A DNA stretch of 64,000 bases, from positions 62,001-126,000 of IMG/VR virus record IMGVR_UViG_3300024999_000030, one strand, 5' to 3'. The notes beneath the pieces are model-generated. The model saw only the letters and a list, made by a program, of their open reading frames with translations, ran no database searches and was not told the DNA's origin. This document shows positions 10,490 through 19,933 of this stretch, piece by piece. Both the position numbers and the translations under genes were made by a program. Position 1 is the first letter of the stretch; every line of letters begins with the position of its first letter.

Positions 10490-13400
10490 ATGGCAACTGG
10501 ACAAAGGCAATATTCTTTTTCTGATTTAAGATTCGCAACTATTGTTACTGCCAACGGAGATGGTACTTATGATATTTCATATGGAGATAATTCTCCATAT
10601 CAGATTCGTAAGGGAGTAACCTCTTTACTTCCTGGTGCAGGATTTGGTGGTGGTCTACACACTGCTTACGCCCCAGGCGAAGTTGTGGGAGTTATACATG
10701 CAACTTATGGCATACCTTATATTATAGGGGGTTTGCCACTTGCATCTTATAAAGATGGGGTTGATCAAAATACTGGTCAACGTTCAGTCTTTCATTCTAC
10801 ATATAGAACAGGGAAACCTGGTGATCATATTTTAAGTAGTGGTAGTGGTGGCGATGCCGCCGTTGCTGTGCTTGCAAACGGTTCAGTTGTTATAGACGGT
10901 CCCACGGGAGAGGATTATTTTAAACTCTCTCCAGATACACGCTCTACAACTCTAGTCTCACGAAAACACTACCACGCTACAGATGCCTTTAATTTAAGAG
11001 CGGGTTCTACTAAGCGAGATATGTATCGTATTACCAATAAAGATGAAGATTTGAGATTGGATTTAGAAAAGGGCGATGATGCAGATAGAATAGCTTTAAC
11101 AGTAGGGGCTAAAGCTAAACACTTGGCCCTTAGAACAACGGTAGAGTTTGCTGGTAAAAATAGTAAAGACATGAATCAGGCGCCCATCAATAAATCTAAA
11201 AATGAAGGTTTAGCTGAATGTAGAATCGTATATCGTGAATTTGCTGCTTCATATTTAGATCCATTAGATGATCAAATTAAAGCAGAAGACGAGAATAGAA
11301 ATTTTTATAGAAAAGTGTATTTGCGATCTAACACTTTGGAATTAGCAGACAATGATTTGGCTGAGATAGTATATGGCCCACTTGTAGATATTAATGGCTT
11401 AGTATTGGATATTAATCATATGCCAATTCACGCAGACGACTCTGCCTCTCATGCTGAAATTAATACTGTGTTGCTTGAGGGCGTGAGCGTTTCGGGCACT
11501 CAAGAAGATAAGCTTTCTAAAGCTTACCCAACTTTACTTAATAATGCCACTGTACTTAATATTAGGATTAACACACTTGGAACCGACTATAAAAGAGAAA
11601 TGCATCATAGTGATGGTAAAGATGGTGCAAGACGATTTGAGGGCTTAGCTAAGGGTCAAATATCTAAAAACTGGGCCTATGATACGGCGTTGGACAGTGA
11701 TATTTGGAGTAATATTAATCCAGATGACCTAAATGAACTCAAGTCTAACAAGGGTGCATTTTTACCGCCAATATTCGATTTTTCTGTTGATAAAAATGGA
11801 ACTTTTAAATTACATGTTCCAGCCTCTTCATTAACTCATTCAATTGCAGAATGGACTAAATATGACCTTGATGAGACCGCTGAAGTTTCAATACAAAGCA
11901 GTCCAGAAGAAAATCATGTGCGCTCTAAAACTAAAAACTTAGAGCTTTTTCAACGCATTAAACGTTATGGTGGTGAGCTTTATCATCCTGTTCATCAAAC
12001 TTCTTTAAATACGATTGGTGGTGAACTTCGAGTTTTAACAGATAATGTAGGCGTAAAACACTATGCTATGCTTTCTCCTGTTGGAGCTAATGCTGAAACT
12101 GGCACAGCGTCTAGTCAAGAAAAAACTGATTTATTTGATAATGCGTCTGGAGATAGTCACACTAAAGCTTATTGTCCTATAGGTCAATCTGCAAAAATTA
12201 GTTTAGATGGTCGTATGGATCTGTCAATCGGGCGCGATCATGCAGATTGGAAATCTCTTGTAGCGGATTTACGTGGCGGAGCAATTTTACGTTTAGGTAG
12301 AATGTACGATGTACAACCTTGCGAATGCCAAGCTGAGGCTCCGTGGGGAGACACTAAAGTAGCTGCCCGAAGCGGTAAATCTTCTCAAGAAAAAATATTT
12401 AATGATAGACGATCTTTAGTATTTGAAACAGATGGTTCAATTACTGGCACTATAGGCAGGTCCATTGAAAGGGAGTTGAGCCTTGATTTAAACATGAAGG
12501 CTGGATTGAAATTACATATAGGTAAAGCTAATTATGGTATATCGTTACGTAGAAAACTTATTCATTATTTTAGAGATTATAATCCAAACACGACTTTTGA
12601 TATAGATAGTAAAATTAATGTTGGTTATAGATTTTTTGATTCTTCTCAGTCTACTGAGACTTGGGATGAATTTGATGAAGAGAGACATGATAAAATTGCT
12701 TACAATCCCCGTTTAATAGACGGCACCTTTAAGGGAGCTGAACCTCAACCATTTCCCGACGGTAAGGGAAAACAAACGCCAGAGTCAACTAATAAAATAG
12801 CTGATAGATCTCTTGAGGCCGCTGATCCCAAAAATCACCATGAACCCAATAATGTTATTAATAAAAAACTTACTGATGAGGTTCGAAAAGCTAGAATTAA
12901 ACATGGTCTATTTGAAGAAGTGGCCCATGTTGTTAATAATAGACATCGTTCGCAGGGTTTGGGCTCATATGATAGTGAAACTAGAAATAATGATGAAAGA
13001 CTCACTCTCAAGGCAGATGCAAGAGATACAGAAGCCGGTAGCATCAATATTAATACTGAGGCCGATGTGTTACTTACCATCAGAGACGATTTAGATTATA
13101 CTTATCGTAAGGGAAATAGAACTTCTTTACGTCTAGATACTTCTGGTCAGGTTATAGCTTGGTTGGGAGCAGACATAGACGATTATCGCAGTTTATCATT
13201 AGAATGTGATGGAGCCATTCAAACAACGGTTGGAAAAACCAAATATGAAGGTAAATCTTTATATGGTTTATTAAAGGGTGGAATTAAATTAATTGTAGGT
13301 AAAGATAATGAAGATGTAGAACATAATACAGATGAGGGGCTTCAGGGTTATCCATCTTCAAATTCAGACTATCAATACTCGTCTGAGGCTAACCCAGATG

Positions 13401-14095
13401 GCACAGGACCAGCGAACGGTGGAAAGAAATACGAGAAGGTAGGGTATCACCCTCACATTGACCAGGCGACTCGACAGGCAGCGGGAGCCGAAGAACCGCG
13501 CCCACATAAAGATGATTATGCTACCTGGCAAGCTGCAATACAACAAGTTAATTATGAAGGTACCTCTTTAAACTTAAAAACACTTGGCTCCAACTGGTTA
13601 ACGTTGGGAATGAATAAAGATAAAGAATCACTTGTTTTAGATACGGCGGGGTCGGTGATAGCTCAAATTGGTGTAGATAAAAAGAATCGTAGTGCCATTA
13701 TACATTGTGATGGTTCTATGAGTGCTTATTTTGGAAAAGACAATAGACCAGGCGGTGATGGTGGTCGTAGTCTTAATGTCCAAATGGCTGGTGGGGCACA
13801 TATATCAATTAAACCTGGTAATACTAAAACAAATGACTTTGGCGATTCTAATACCGGAGACGGCTTAATTTTAGCTGTTAGTGGTAATGTAAAAATTGTG
13901 GTATTGGAATCTGATTCTGTTCAAGTGGACATTACGACTAAAAAATATCATGAGCAAATTCATGCTACAGATGCAATTGATTTTGTATATGATGCACCAG
14001 AAATTAGACAAACATATAATGGCAATCTCACAAATATAGTTAATGGAGTTAAGATCTATAGTGGAAAAGAGTTAGGGGTCACAGAGGAGAAGTAA
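10490..14095 (+). CDS. Baseplate central spike-like protein (gp5/gpV-like: N-terminal OB-type region, long beta-repeat region)
   Basis: N-terminal ...AYAPGEVVGVIHATYGIPYIIGGLP and KPGDHILSSG resemble gpV/gp5 OB-region motifs. About 12 SLxLxxxGxIxxxIG repeats follow. It lies directly after the hub. Confidence 0.6.
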   Translation: MATGQRQYSFSDLRFATIVTANGDGTYDISYGDNSPYQIRKGVTSLLPGAGFGGGLHTAYAPGEVVGVIHATYGIPYIIGGLPLASYKDGVDQNTGQRSVFHSTYRTGKPGDHILSSGSGGDAAVAVLANGSVVIDGPTGEDYFKLSPDTRSTTLVSRKHYHATDAFNLRAGSTKRDMYRITNKDEDLRLDLEKGDDADRIALTVGAKAKHLALRTTVEFAGKNSKDMNQAPINKSKNEGLAECRIVYREFAASYLDPLDDQIKAEDENRNFYRKVYLRSNTLELADNDLAEIVYGPLVDINGLVLDINHMPIHADDSASHAEINTVLLEGVSVSGTQEDKLSKAYPTLLNNATVLNIRINTLGTDYKREMHHSDGKDGARRFEGLAKGQISKNWAYDTALDSDIWSNINPDDLNELKSNKGAFLPPIFDFSVDKNGTFKLHVPASSLTHSIAEWTKYDLDETAEVSIQSSPEENHVRSKTKNLELFQRIKRYGGELYHPVHQTSLNTIGGELRVLTDNVGVKHYAMLSPVGANAETGTASSQEKTDLFDNASGDSHTKAYCPIGQSAKISLDGRMDLSIGRDHADWKSLVADLRGGAILRLGRMYDVQPCECQAEAPWGDTKVAARSGKSSQEKIFNDRRSLVFETDGSITGTIGRSIERELSLDLNMKAGLKLHIGKANYGISLRRKLIHYFRDYNPNTTFDIDSKINVGYRFFDSSQSTETWDEFDEERHDKIAYNPRLIDGTFKGAEPQPFPDGKGKQTPESTNKIADRSLEAADPKNHHEPNNVINKKLTDEVRKARIKHGLFEEVAHVVNNRHRSQGLGSYDSETRNNDERLTLKADARDTEAGSININTEADVLLTIRDDLDYTYRKGNRTSLRLDTSGQVIAWLGADIDDYRSLSLECDGAIQTTVGKTKYEGKSLYGLLKGGIKLIVGKDNEDVEHNTDEGLQGYPSSNSDYQYSSEANPDGTGPANGGKKYEKVGYHPHIDQATRQAAGAEEPRPHKDDYATWQAAIQQVNYEGTSLNLKTLGSNWLTLGMNKDKESLVLDTAGSVIAQIGVDKKNRSAIIHCDGSMSAYFGKDNRPGGDGGRSLNVQMAGGAHISIKPGNTKTNDFGDSNTGDGLILAVSGNVKIVVLESDSVQVDITTKKYHEQIHATDAIDFVYDAPEIRQTYNGNLTNIVNGVKIYSGKELGVTEEK

Positions 14096-15103
14096 ATGCA
14101 AGTCAGTACTACCCAATATGATATTGAATTTGGCGGTAAGTTAGATGAATTTCTAGGTTCTTTATTTGGAGACTTTGGGTCTGGTGGTTCTGGTCAAGGC
14201 GGACCCGGAGGAGTGACAACAATTACAGAGGCTCTTTCTGCTGCAGAATGTTCTAATAAAGAGCACATTCAACGTGCTCTAGAGGCTGTAGATAAAATGG
14301 ACTTCTGTGTTATGGGCCCGTTAAGAATTTATTTATCTATAGTAAAGGCTTTATCGCAAGTTGTGGGAGCTTCGCTTGGGGCTATAGATTTAGGTCCAAT
14401 CGCTTCTGCTATCTCGATGTTATCTGGATCCATTCAATCTCTTGGCGATATTAACATGGGTATTATTAAAATCCATACAGACATTGCTGTAAGTGCTGCT
14501 GGTATTAAGGGCCAAGGGCTTATGAATATTAAAACTTTAAGCGACTTGAATGTTACTATAGCCGGAAGACAAATGAATCTTAAACAAATGAAAGATAATA
14601 AAAGTGAATTTTCTAAAATAATGAAGGAAACAGCTAAAAATTGGTGGGATTCACAGCAAGCGGTAGTGGCTATTAAAAATACTAAAGACCTTATGAAAAA
14701 GGGTGTTGGTAAAATTAGAAAATTAATTGATGATATGGACACCCAAGAAAAAAAGGCGATGGATAAAGTTAATGATATTTTTAAAATAGCCAATATGCTT
14801 AAGTCTATGATTTGTTCAATTTTTGGATTATTAAGAGCATTTTTATCAGCATTGCAAGCGGCAGGCATCGCTATCGGTATTCAGGGGACAATAGTAGCGG
14901 AAGTGGTTCAGGTGTTGCAGGCTATTCTCTCTGCTTTAGCGGCCTTTTTTGCTGCATTACAAGATATGCTTAATTTTTTAAGTGTGTTAATTACGGAATC
15001 TGAAGGAATTTCTCTTAAAATGTTTGATCATACTCTTTCATTGGTAAAAGAAAAATTCAGAGAACTTAAATACGCCGCATTTGGTGGCCCCGGAGGCGGA
15101 TAA
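14096..15103 (+). CDS. Hypothetical amphipathic/hydrophobic helical virion protein
   Basis: 335 aa with a 61-aa stretch holding only 3 charged residues; GGPGG near both termini. Confidence 0.55.
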   Translation: MQVSTTQYDIEFGGKLDEFLGSLFGDFGSGGSGQGGPGGVTTITEALSAAECSNKEHIQRALEAVDKMDFCVMGPLRIYLSIVKALSQVVGASLGAIDLGPIASAISMLSGSIQSLGDINMGIIKIHTDIAVSAAGIKGQGLMNIKTLSDLNVTIAGRQMNLKQMKDNKSEFSKIMKETAKNWWDSQQAVVAIKNTKDLMKKGVGKIRKLIDDMDTQEKKAMDKVNDIFKIANMLKSMICSIFGLLRAFLSALQAAGIAIGIQGTIVAEVVQVLQAILSALAAFFAALQDMLNFLSVLITESEGISLKMFDHTLSLVKEKFRELKYAAFGGPGGG

Positions 15104-17619
15104 TGTATTGTGCATTTGACGAAGCCGATCTATTAAGTCGCATTAACGATCCAGTTGCCACAATTCGCCTGGGCGGCGTGCAAGAGGCTATTAGAGTGCA
15201 AGCTAATACGCCAGCTATTATAGATGCTTTCAAGGGTCGTATTAATGGTCCAAGTTCAGAATTTGTGTTGGTATCGGGCTCTATAGGTCAAGCAATTATT
15301 AATTCTTGTGTTTATGCTTTGGGACGATTGGGTGACGCCGATTATGTGTCAACAACGGAAGAGGATTATTTAGCAGATCTTATTGATGATCCTCCCATTA
15401 TTAATCAATCTAGAAACGCGGAACCAACGCGTTATCAATATGAGGGCTCAGTAGTTGGAAACGCTTATGAAATAGATAGTGAATTAATGTTGATGGAAAC
15501 TTCAAATTATGATTTTATTTCTTTAGGTGTTGTAGCTGGAGATAAAATTGTAATTAGAGATATATATTTAACAGAATCTCCAATTGATGGAGCTTGGATA
15601 GATAGTTCATTTGTAGATGGAAATTTGGTTTTAGATAAATTATCATTAAATACTTCATCAGGTATTGATGTAGCTACTAGAAACTCTATTATAACTACTA
15701 TGAAGGCTTATAATTGGATAATATCAGAAGTCTCTACAGATGGATATTTTGTTACCGTGGAGAGAAATCCAACTATCCAGCCCTTTAAAGTTACTGATTT
15801 ATATGGTGGAGCATATGTAGATGTTCCTGGGTCTTTTTTTCAAGTAAGTGGCACCCCTGATGATTATGTAGTATATTTTGCGGCTATTCGTTTAGACGCA
15901 TTTGATTATGCTATATATGATTCCTTGGGGATATTAAAATATGAAAGTTACATCGCGGAAGCCCCAGTCATTGACGCAGATAATTCATTATTTCATAAAG
16001 CCCTAACCAAAGCAATAATAGCGGATGCTTTAATAGAATTAGCTGCTCGTAAATATGTTAAGCCAACAACCGTTACGCGAACGTTAAATAATTTATATAC
16101 AGATGCTCTGGCCTCCACGGATCCAGAGTTGGAAATTTCTGCTTATGCCGCCTCAACGTTAACATTAGCACGAAAAGCGGCTAAAAGATATGATGAAGAC
16201 ACGGCAAATTCCATTGATGAAGATGTCCAAACTAAATTTTACAGTCCCGGTTCACCCACATTGGGTTGTAATACCGATGTGTTGGCCGGAGAAGATCCCA
16301 CTAATACGTGCATTACTTATTTTTCACCAATTGTAAATATGCGCTGTGGTAATTTACAGCCGATATATGAAAATAGAACTGTGTCTTTTGGACCAACAGT
16401 ATTTGATAGCTCTGGAAACTTAGTATTAGATGCTGGTGTTCCAGATTTAAACTATCATACAATGTCTTATTCATGGGACTTTGGAGACGAAACAACCTCC
16501 ACGGACCCCTCACCCACTCATACTTATATTATTGCTGGTGTATATGTTGTAACTTTTATTGCTACAGACTTAATTTCTGGTTTAGCCCAAGAGGCAACAT
16601 GTAACGTGGAAGTGTTAACAGAATATGTGAACGTAACAGTGCCCACACACGTTATTCCACAGGAACCATTTTGTATAACAGTCGCATATAGATATGTTGA
16701 AGATTTAACTATAGAACCGTTTGGAATTTCTATAGACGGAAACGGCTGTTATGAAGTTACACTACCTTTACCTGGCACCACACACGGCGCCGTGGGGCCC
16801 ACCGAATTTGACGTAACTGCAGTGGAACCACTTACCCTTAATTTAGAATCTGATGCAGTAAATTGTCCAAATGTATCTAAAAGCTTTACAGCTATTGTTG
16901 CTGGGGGCTTGGAACCATATGAATATGTATGGGCCGTGGATGCTGTTTCTGTTAATGATGTTGGTGAATTATTGGCCGAAGTATTTGAAGAAGGAGAGCA
17001 CACTGTATCAATAGTGGTAACAGATGCCATGGGAACTGTCATTAGTGGAAGTATAGATTTTGTTATTTATCCACGATTGGATGCTTATATTAATTATATG
17101 GTTACTAATGTAATAGGAAATGATAGACTCCCGGGATATACAATTGATTTAGCTCCATGTGTTACTTCTACTGGATTACCAAACCAATATGAATATTCTT
17201 GGGATTTTGGTGATGGAGAAGTGAATTCTGGAGCTGATCAAACACACACTTACACTACTCCTGCCGAATACACCATTTCTTTACATTTAACGGATCCAAA
17301 TGGGTGTTCGGAGACACTGGATGTCAATTCTACAATCTCAATATACGGAGCGCCAATAATTTTATTACGTAATATAACGGAAGATAAACAACTTTGTCCT
17401 CGTAAATTAATTATGGAGATTTCTATTTCGCGTGGCTTAGCTCCACATACATTAACAGTGGACATGGGAGATGGTCAAATTTTATATCCAGTCTCATCAG
17501 GGGGCATATTTTCATTTGAGCATTTTTATGCTCTTTCTGGCACATATACTGTTCGTTTAACTGTCACGGATGCACAAATGATTACATCTGAATTAGATAC
17601 CATAGTGAGTGTGGGATGA
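15103..17619 (+). CDS. PKD-domain virion protein with HEAT-like N-terminus
   Basis: PKD signatures YSWDFGDETT...HTY, YSWDFGDGEV...HTY and VDMGDGQ...EHFY...GTYTVRLTVTD, plus one divergent copy (YEYVWAVD...GEHTVSIVVTD). Confidence 0.75.
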   Translation: MYCAFDEADLLSRINDPVATIRLGGVQEAIRVQANTPAIIDAFKGRINGPSSEFVLVSGSIGQAIINSCVYALGRLGDADYVSTTEEDYLADLIDDPPIINQSRNAEPTRYQYEGSVVGNAYEIDSELMLMETSNYDFISLGVVAGDKIVIRDIYLTESPIDGAWIDSSFVDGNLVLDKLSLNTSSGIDVATRNSIITTMKAYNWIISEVSTDGYFVTVERNPTIQPFKVTDLYGGAYVDVPGSFFQVSGTPDDYVVYFAAIRLDAFDYAIYDSLGILKYESYIAEAPVIDADNSLFHKALTKAIIADALIELAARKYVKPTTVTRTLNNLYTDALASTDPELEISAYAASTLTLARKAAKRYDEDTANSIDEDVQTKFYSPGSPTLGCNTDVLAGEDPTNTCITYFSPIVNMRCGNLQPIYENRTVSFGPTVFDSSGNLVLDAGVPDLNYHTMSYSWDFGDETTSTDPSPTHTYIIAGVYVVTFIATDLISGLAQEATCNVEVLTEYVNVTVPTHVIPQEPFCITVAYRYVEDLTIEPFGISIDGNGCYEVTLPLPGTTHGAVGPTEFDVTAVEPLTLNLESDAVNCPNVSKSFTAIVAGGLEPYEYVWAVDAVSVNDVGELLAEVFEEGEHTVSIVVTDAMGTVISGSIDFVIYPRLDAYINYMVTNVIGNDRLPGYTIDLAPCVTSTGLPNQYEYSWDFGDGEVNSGADQTHTYTTPAEYTISLHLTDPNGCSETLDVNSTISIYGAPIILLRNITEDKQLCPRKLIMEISISRGLAPHTLTVDMGDGQILYPVSSGGIFSFEHFYALSGTYTVRLTVTDAQMITSELDTIVSVG

Positions 17620-19418
17620 TATATCAAGCTAGATGTGTTGACTTTGCTTATGGACATAAAATTGTAGTTAATACTGATAATGTGGATGATTCTACTAGAA
17701 TTATTACGTCTGTGTTTCCCATTGGGTCTAGTTCTCCTTTGAATATTACTAGTAGTGGATTTGAAAATTATGCAAATAGAGATGATTTAAATTTAGCTTT
17801 AAGTGCTGCTATAGAGGTAGCAAAACAATCTCTCGTGCCAGCATTAACACCTTCCGCCCCTCCACTTAACCTTCCAGATCCGTTATCTCCATCTTCTCGT
17901 CCAATGACCTCGGCCCCAGGGCCCACCCAAACCACATTGACCCCCAAAACCGAAGAACTTAAAGCATATAAACAAAGCGTGGGAAATGAAACACCAGCAG
18001 ATGTTGCTCGTGACATGATGGGTATTATTAGTTCTGTAAAAGCTGGTCAGGCCTCATATGTTGATACGGCAGGTCAAGCTAAATGGGAAACCTTGCGTGG
18101 TTCGTTTGAAAGGCTTTTGGGGTTGAAGTCTGATGAAATTCCAGAAGAACAGCTTTTAGCAGGTAGTCAAAAACCTTTTGTATATTTTGTATATGCTCTA
18201 TTGCATGACAAGGGAGTGGTTCAAAGTATTGATGGGCAAGAGGTTTCTGGTCAAGATTTAATTAATAAACTTTATGAGTCTATGATTAAAAGACTTAGAG
18301 AACTAGATGGACATAATTTAGTGGCTACTATGTCGGTGGCAGATGCAATTAGAACCACTGGTACACAAATACTTTCTACTATTGCTTCCGCGAAAGCGGG
18401 AGTAACACCAACCAAACAAAAAATTAGTGATGATTTATCTAAAGGTGTAAATAAAGCTCAAGGAATAATTAACACTATTGAAAGTTTTGCATCTACTTCT
18501 TTTTCTCCTCTTGAACAAAAAGAACTATTTAAAGAAGAGGCAAAATTTGGAAGTATTGACTATCAAAAATTTAGATTTGATAGGAACGATGCGGGTAATG
18601 TGTTTGCCACCACACCAGAAACAGCAAGCCTTATGCAAAATACATCACTCTCCAGCGCATGGTTAAATACCGGTGCGGATACTATGCGTAAACAAAAATT
18701 GGATTTATTAAATCGTAGCCAAGCATATGCAGCTAGGTATAGATTTTCTGGTGATGTATATTCTGTATTAGTAGAGGGGAAGGGGTTGGAAAATGATCCC
18801 AATACGCTCACTATGCGAATGGTTGTATCTTATTTTGCTTCTTGTTTAAAAACCATGAAAGGTACATGCTCAGAGTGTAGGCATTACAATGGGGCCGGTA
18901 GTTATTCTCCATCTAGGGATAATACAAAAGCCCCCTCACCCCCTCTCCAACCAGAATCACATCCATCCGCTGCATGGGACACAATTTATAATCAAGCTAA
19001 ATCTGATTGGGAAAGTGGTAACTATACTAAATATAATAATGTAACTGCTTCTTTGAGTAGAATAATCAGTGGGACAGATTCATCTCAAGAACAAAAAAAT
19101 CAAGCATCACAACTTAAAGAAGAAATTACTAATCAGGTTATAGAAAGGGGAAAGGGTTATGTAATAGTAAAGCACGTTGATACGATGCTTACGACGAGAG
19201 ATGAAGTCCAAGCTGAGCGTGCTAAATTAGCTAAAGCAAAACCGCCCTCCTGTGCCTTAGGTTTCACTAATCCAAATAATACAAATAAAGGACCAGACGA
19301 TTATTGTTGGGTTGATGCAGTGGCACCTGGTCGCGGAGCTAGTGGTATTAAATACGAGTTAAATACTGATATTTCTAAGAAAATTAGAGAATTAGCTAAA
19401 AACTTATCTAAAGGATAA
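17616..19418 (+). CDS. Hypothetical virion protein (600 aa) with P/S/T-rich linkers
   Basis: Long ORF coupled by ATGA overlap within the baseplate cluster. Confidence 0.6.
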   Translation: MIYQARCVDFAYGHKIVVNTDNVDDSTRIITSVFPIGSSSPLNITSSGFENYANRDDLNLALSAAIEVAKQSLVPALTPSAPPLNLPDPLSPSSRPMTSAPGPTQTTLTPKTEELKAYKQSVGNETPADVARDMMGIISSVKAGQASYVDTAGQAKWETLRGSFERLLGLKSDEIPEEQLLAGSQKPFVYFVYALLHDKGVVQSIDGQEVSGQDLINKLYESMIKRLRELDGHNLVATMSVADAIRTTGTQILSTIASAKAGVTPTKQKISDDLSKGVNKAQGIINTIESFASTSFSPLEQKELFKEEAKFGSIDYQKFRFDRNDAGNVFATTPETASLMQNTSLSSAWLNTGADTMRKQKLDLLNRSQAYAARYRFSGDVYSVLVEGKGLENDPNTLTMRMVVSYFASCLKTMKGTCSECRHYNGAGSYSPSRDNTKAPSPPLQPESHPSAAWDTIYNQAKSDWESGNYTKYNNVTASLSRIISGTDSSQEQKNQASQLKEEITNQVIERGKGYVIVKHVDTMLTTRDEVQAERAKLAKAKPPSCALGFTNPNNTNKGPDDYCWVDAVAPGRGASGIKYELNTDISKKIRELAKNLSKG

Positions 19419-19421
19419 TAC

Positions 19422-19433
19422 CTATTAATAAAA
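19422..19433 (+). promoter_or_regulatory. Candidate late promoter CTATTAATAAAA
   Basis: Intergenic. The TATTAATA core ends 26 nt before the GTG of the gp25-like gene. The same motif recurs at 37361 and 63572. Confidence 0.55.
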
Positions 19434-19456
19434 GCTGATAATCTGGAGGGATTTAC

Positions 19457-19933
19457 GTGTCTTTTGACCTTCGAATCGAAAACGGAGACATATCTTTTCA
19501 AAATAGCAAGGTGGAGACGGTAACTAATGAGGATAAGCTAGTTCAGTCCCTCGTTAGAATTCTCTTAACCCCGCTTGGAGAAGTTAGGCTTCGTCCATAT
19601 TATGGAACCAATCTTGGTGGCATTATTGCTCGCCCCCTTATGCCAGATTTTATTTTTATCACAAAAATTGAAGATTCTGTGAAAGAAGCTTTAGAGTTTT
19701 TAATGGCTCAACAGTCCACACAGGCTAGATATCAATATGTGAGTCCCGGAGAAGAGATACGAGAAATTTTAAGTGTTATGGCTGAAAAATCTTTATCTGA
19801 TCCTAGACAAATTAATGTAGGTATTGCTATTAGAGCTGGTAGTGGGGACGTTGTAGCTAAAACCTTTACCATTTCCCCTGGAGCTATAGTACAGGTAACC
19901 GGTGGTGTGGTAACCGAGCGAGGTGGGTTCTAA
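19457..19933 (+). CDS. Baseplate wedge gp25-like protein
   Basis: MSFDLRIENGDI...KLVQSLVRILLTPLGEVRLRPYYGTNL is the typical gp25/GpW pattern. GGAGG RBS; immediately upstream of baseplate J. Confidence 0.8.
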   Translation: MSFDLRIENGDISFQNSKVETVTNEDKLVQSLVRILLTPLGEVRLRPYYGTNLGGIIARPLMPDFIFITKIEDSVKEALEFLMAQQSTQARYQYVSPGEEIREILSVMAEKSLSDPRQINVGIAIRAGSGDVVAKTFTISPGAIVQVTGGVVTERGGF

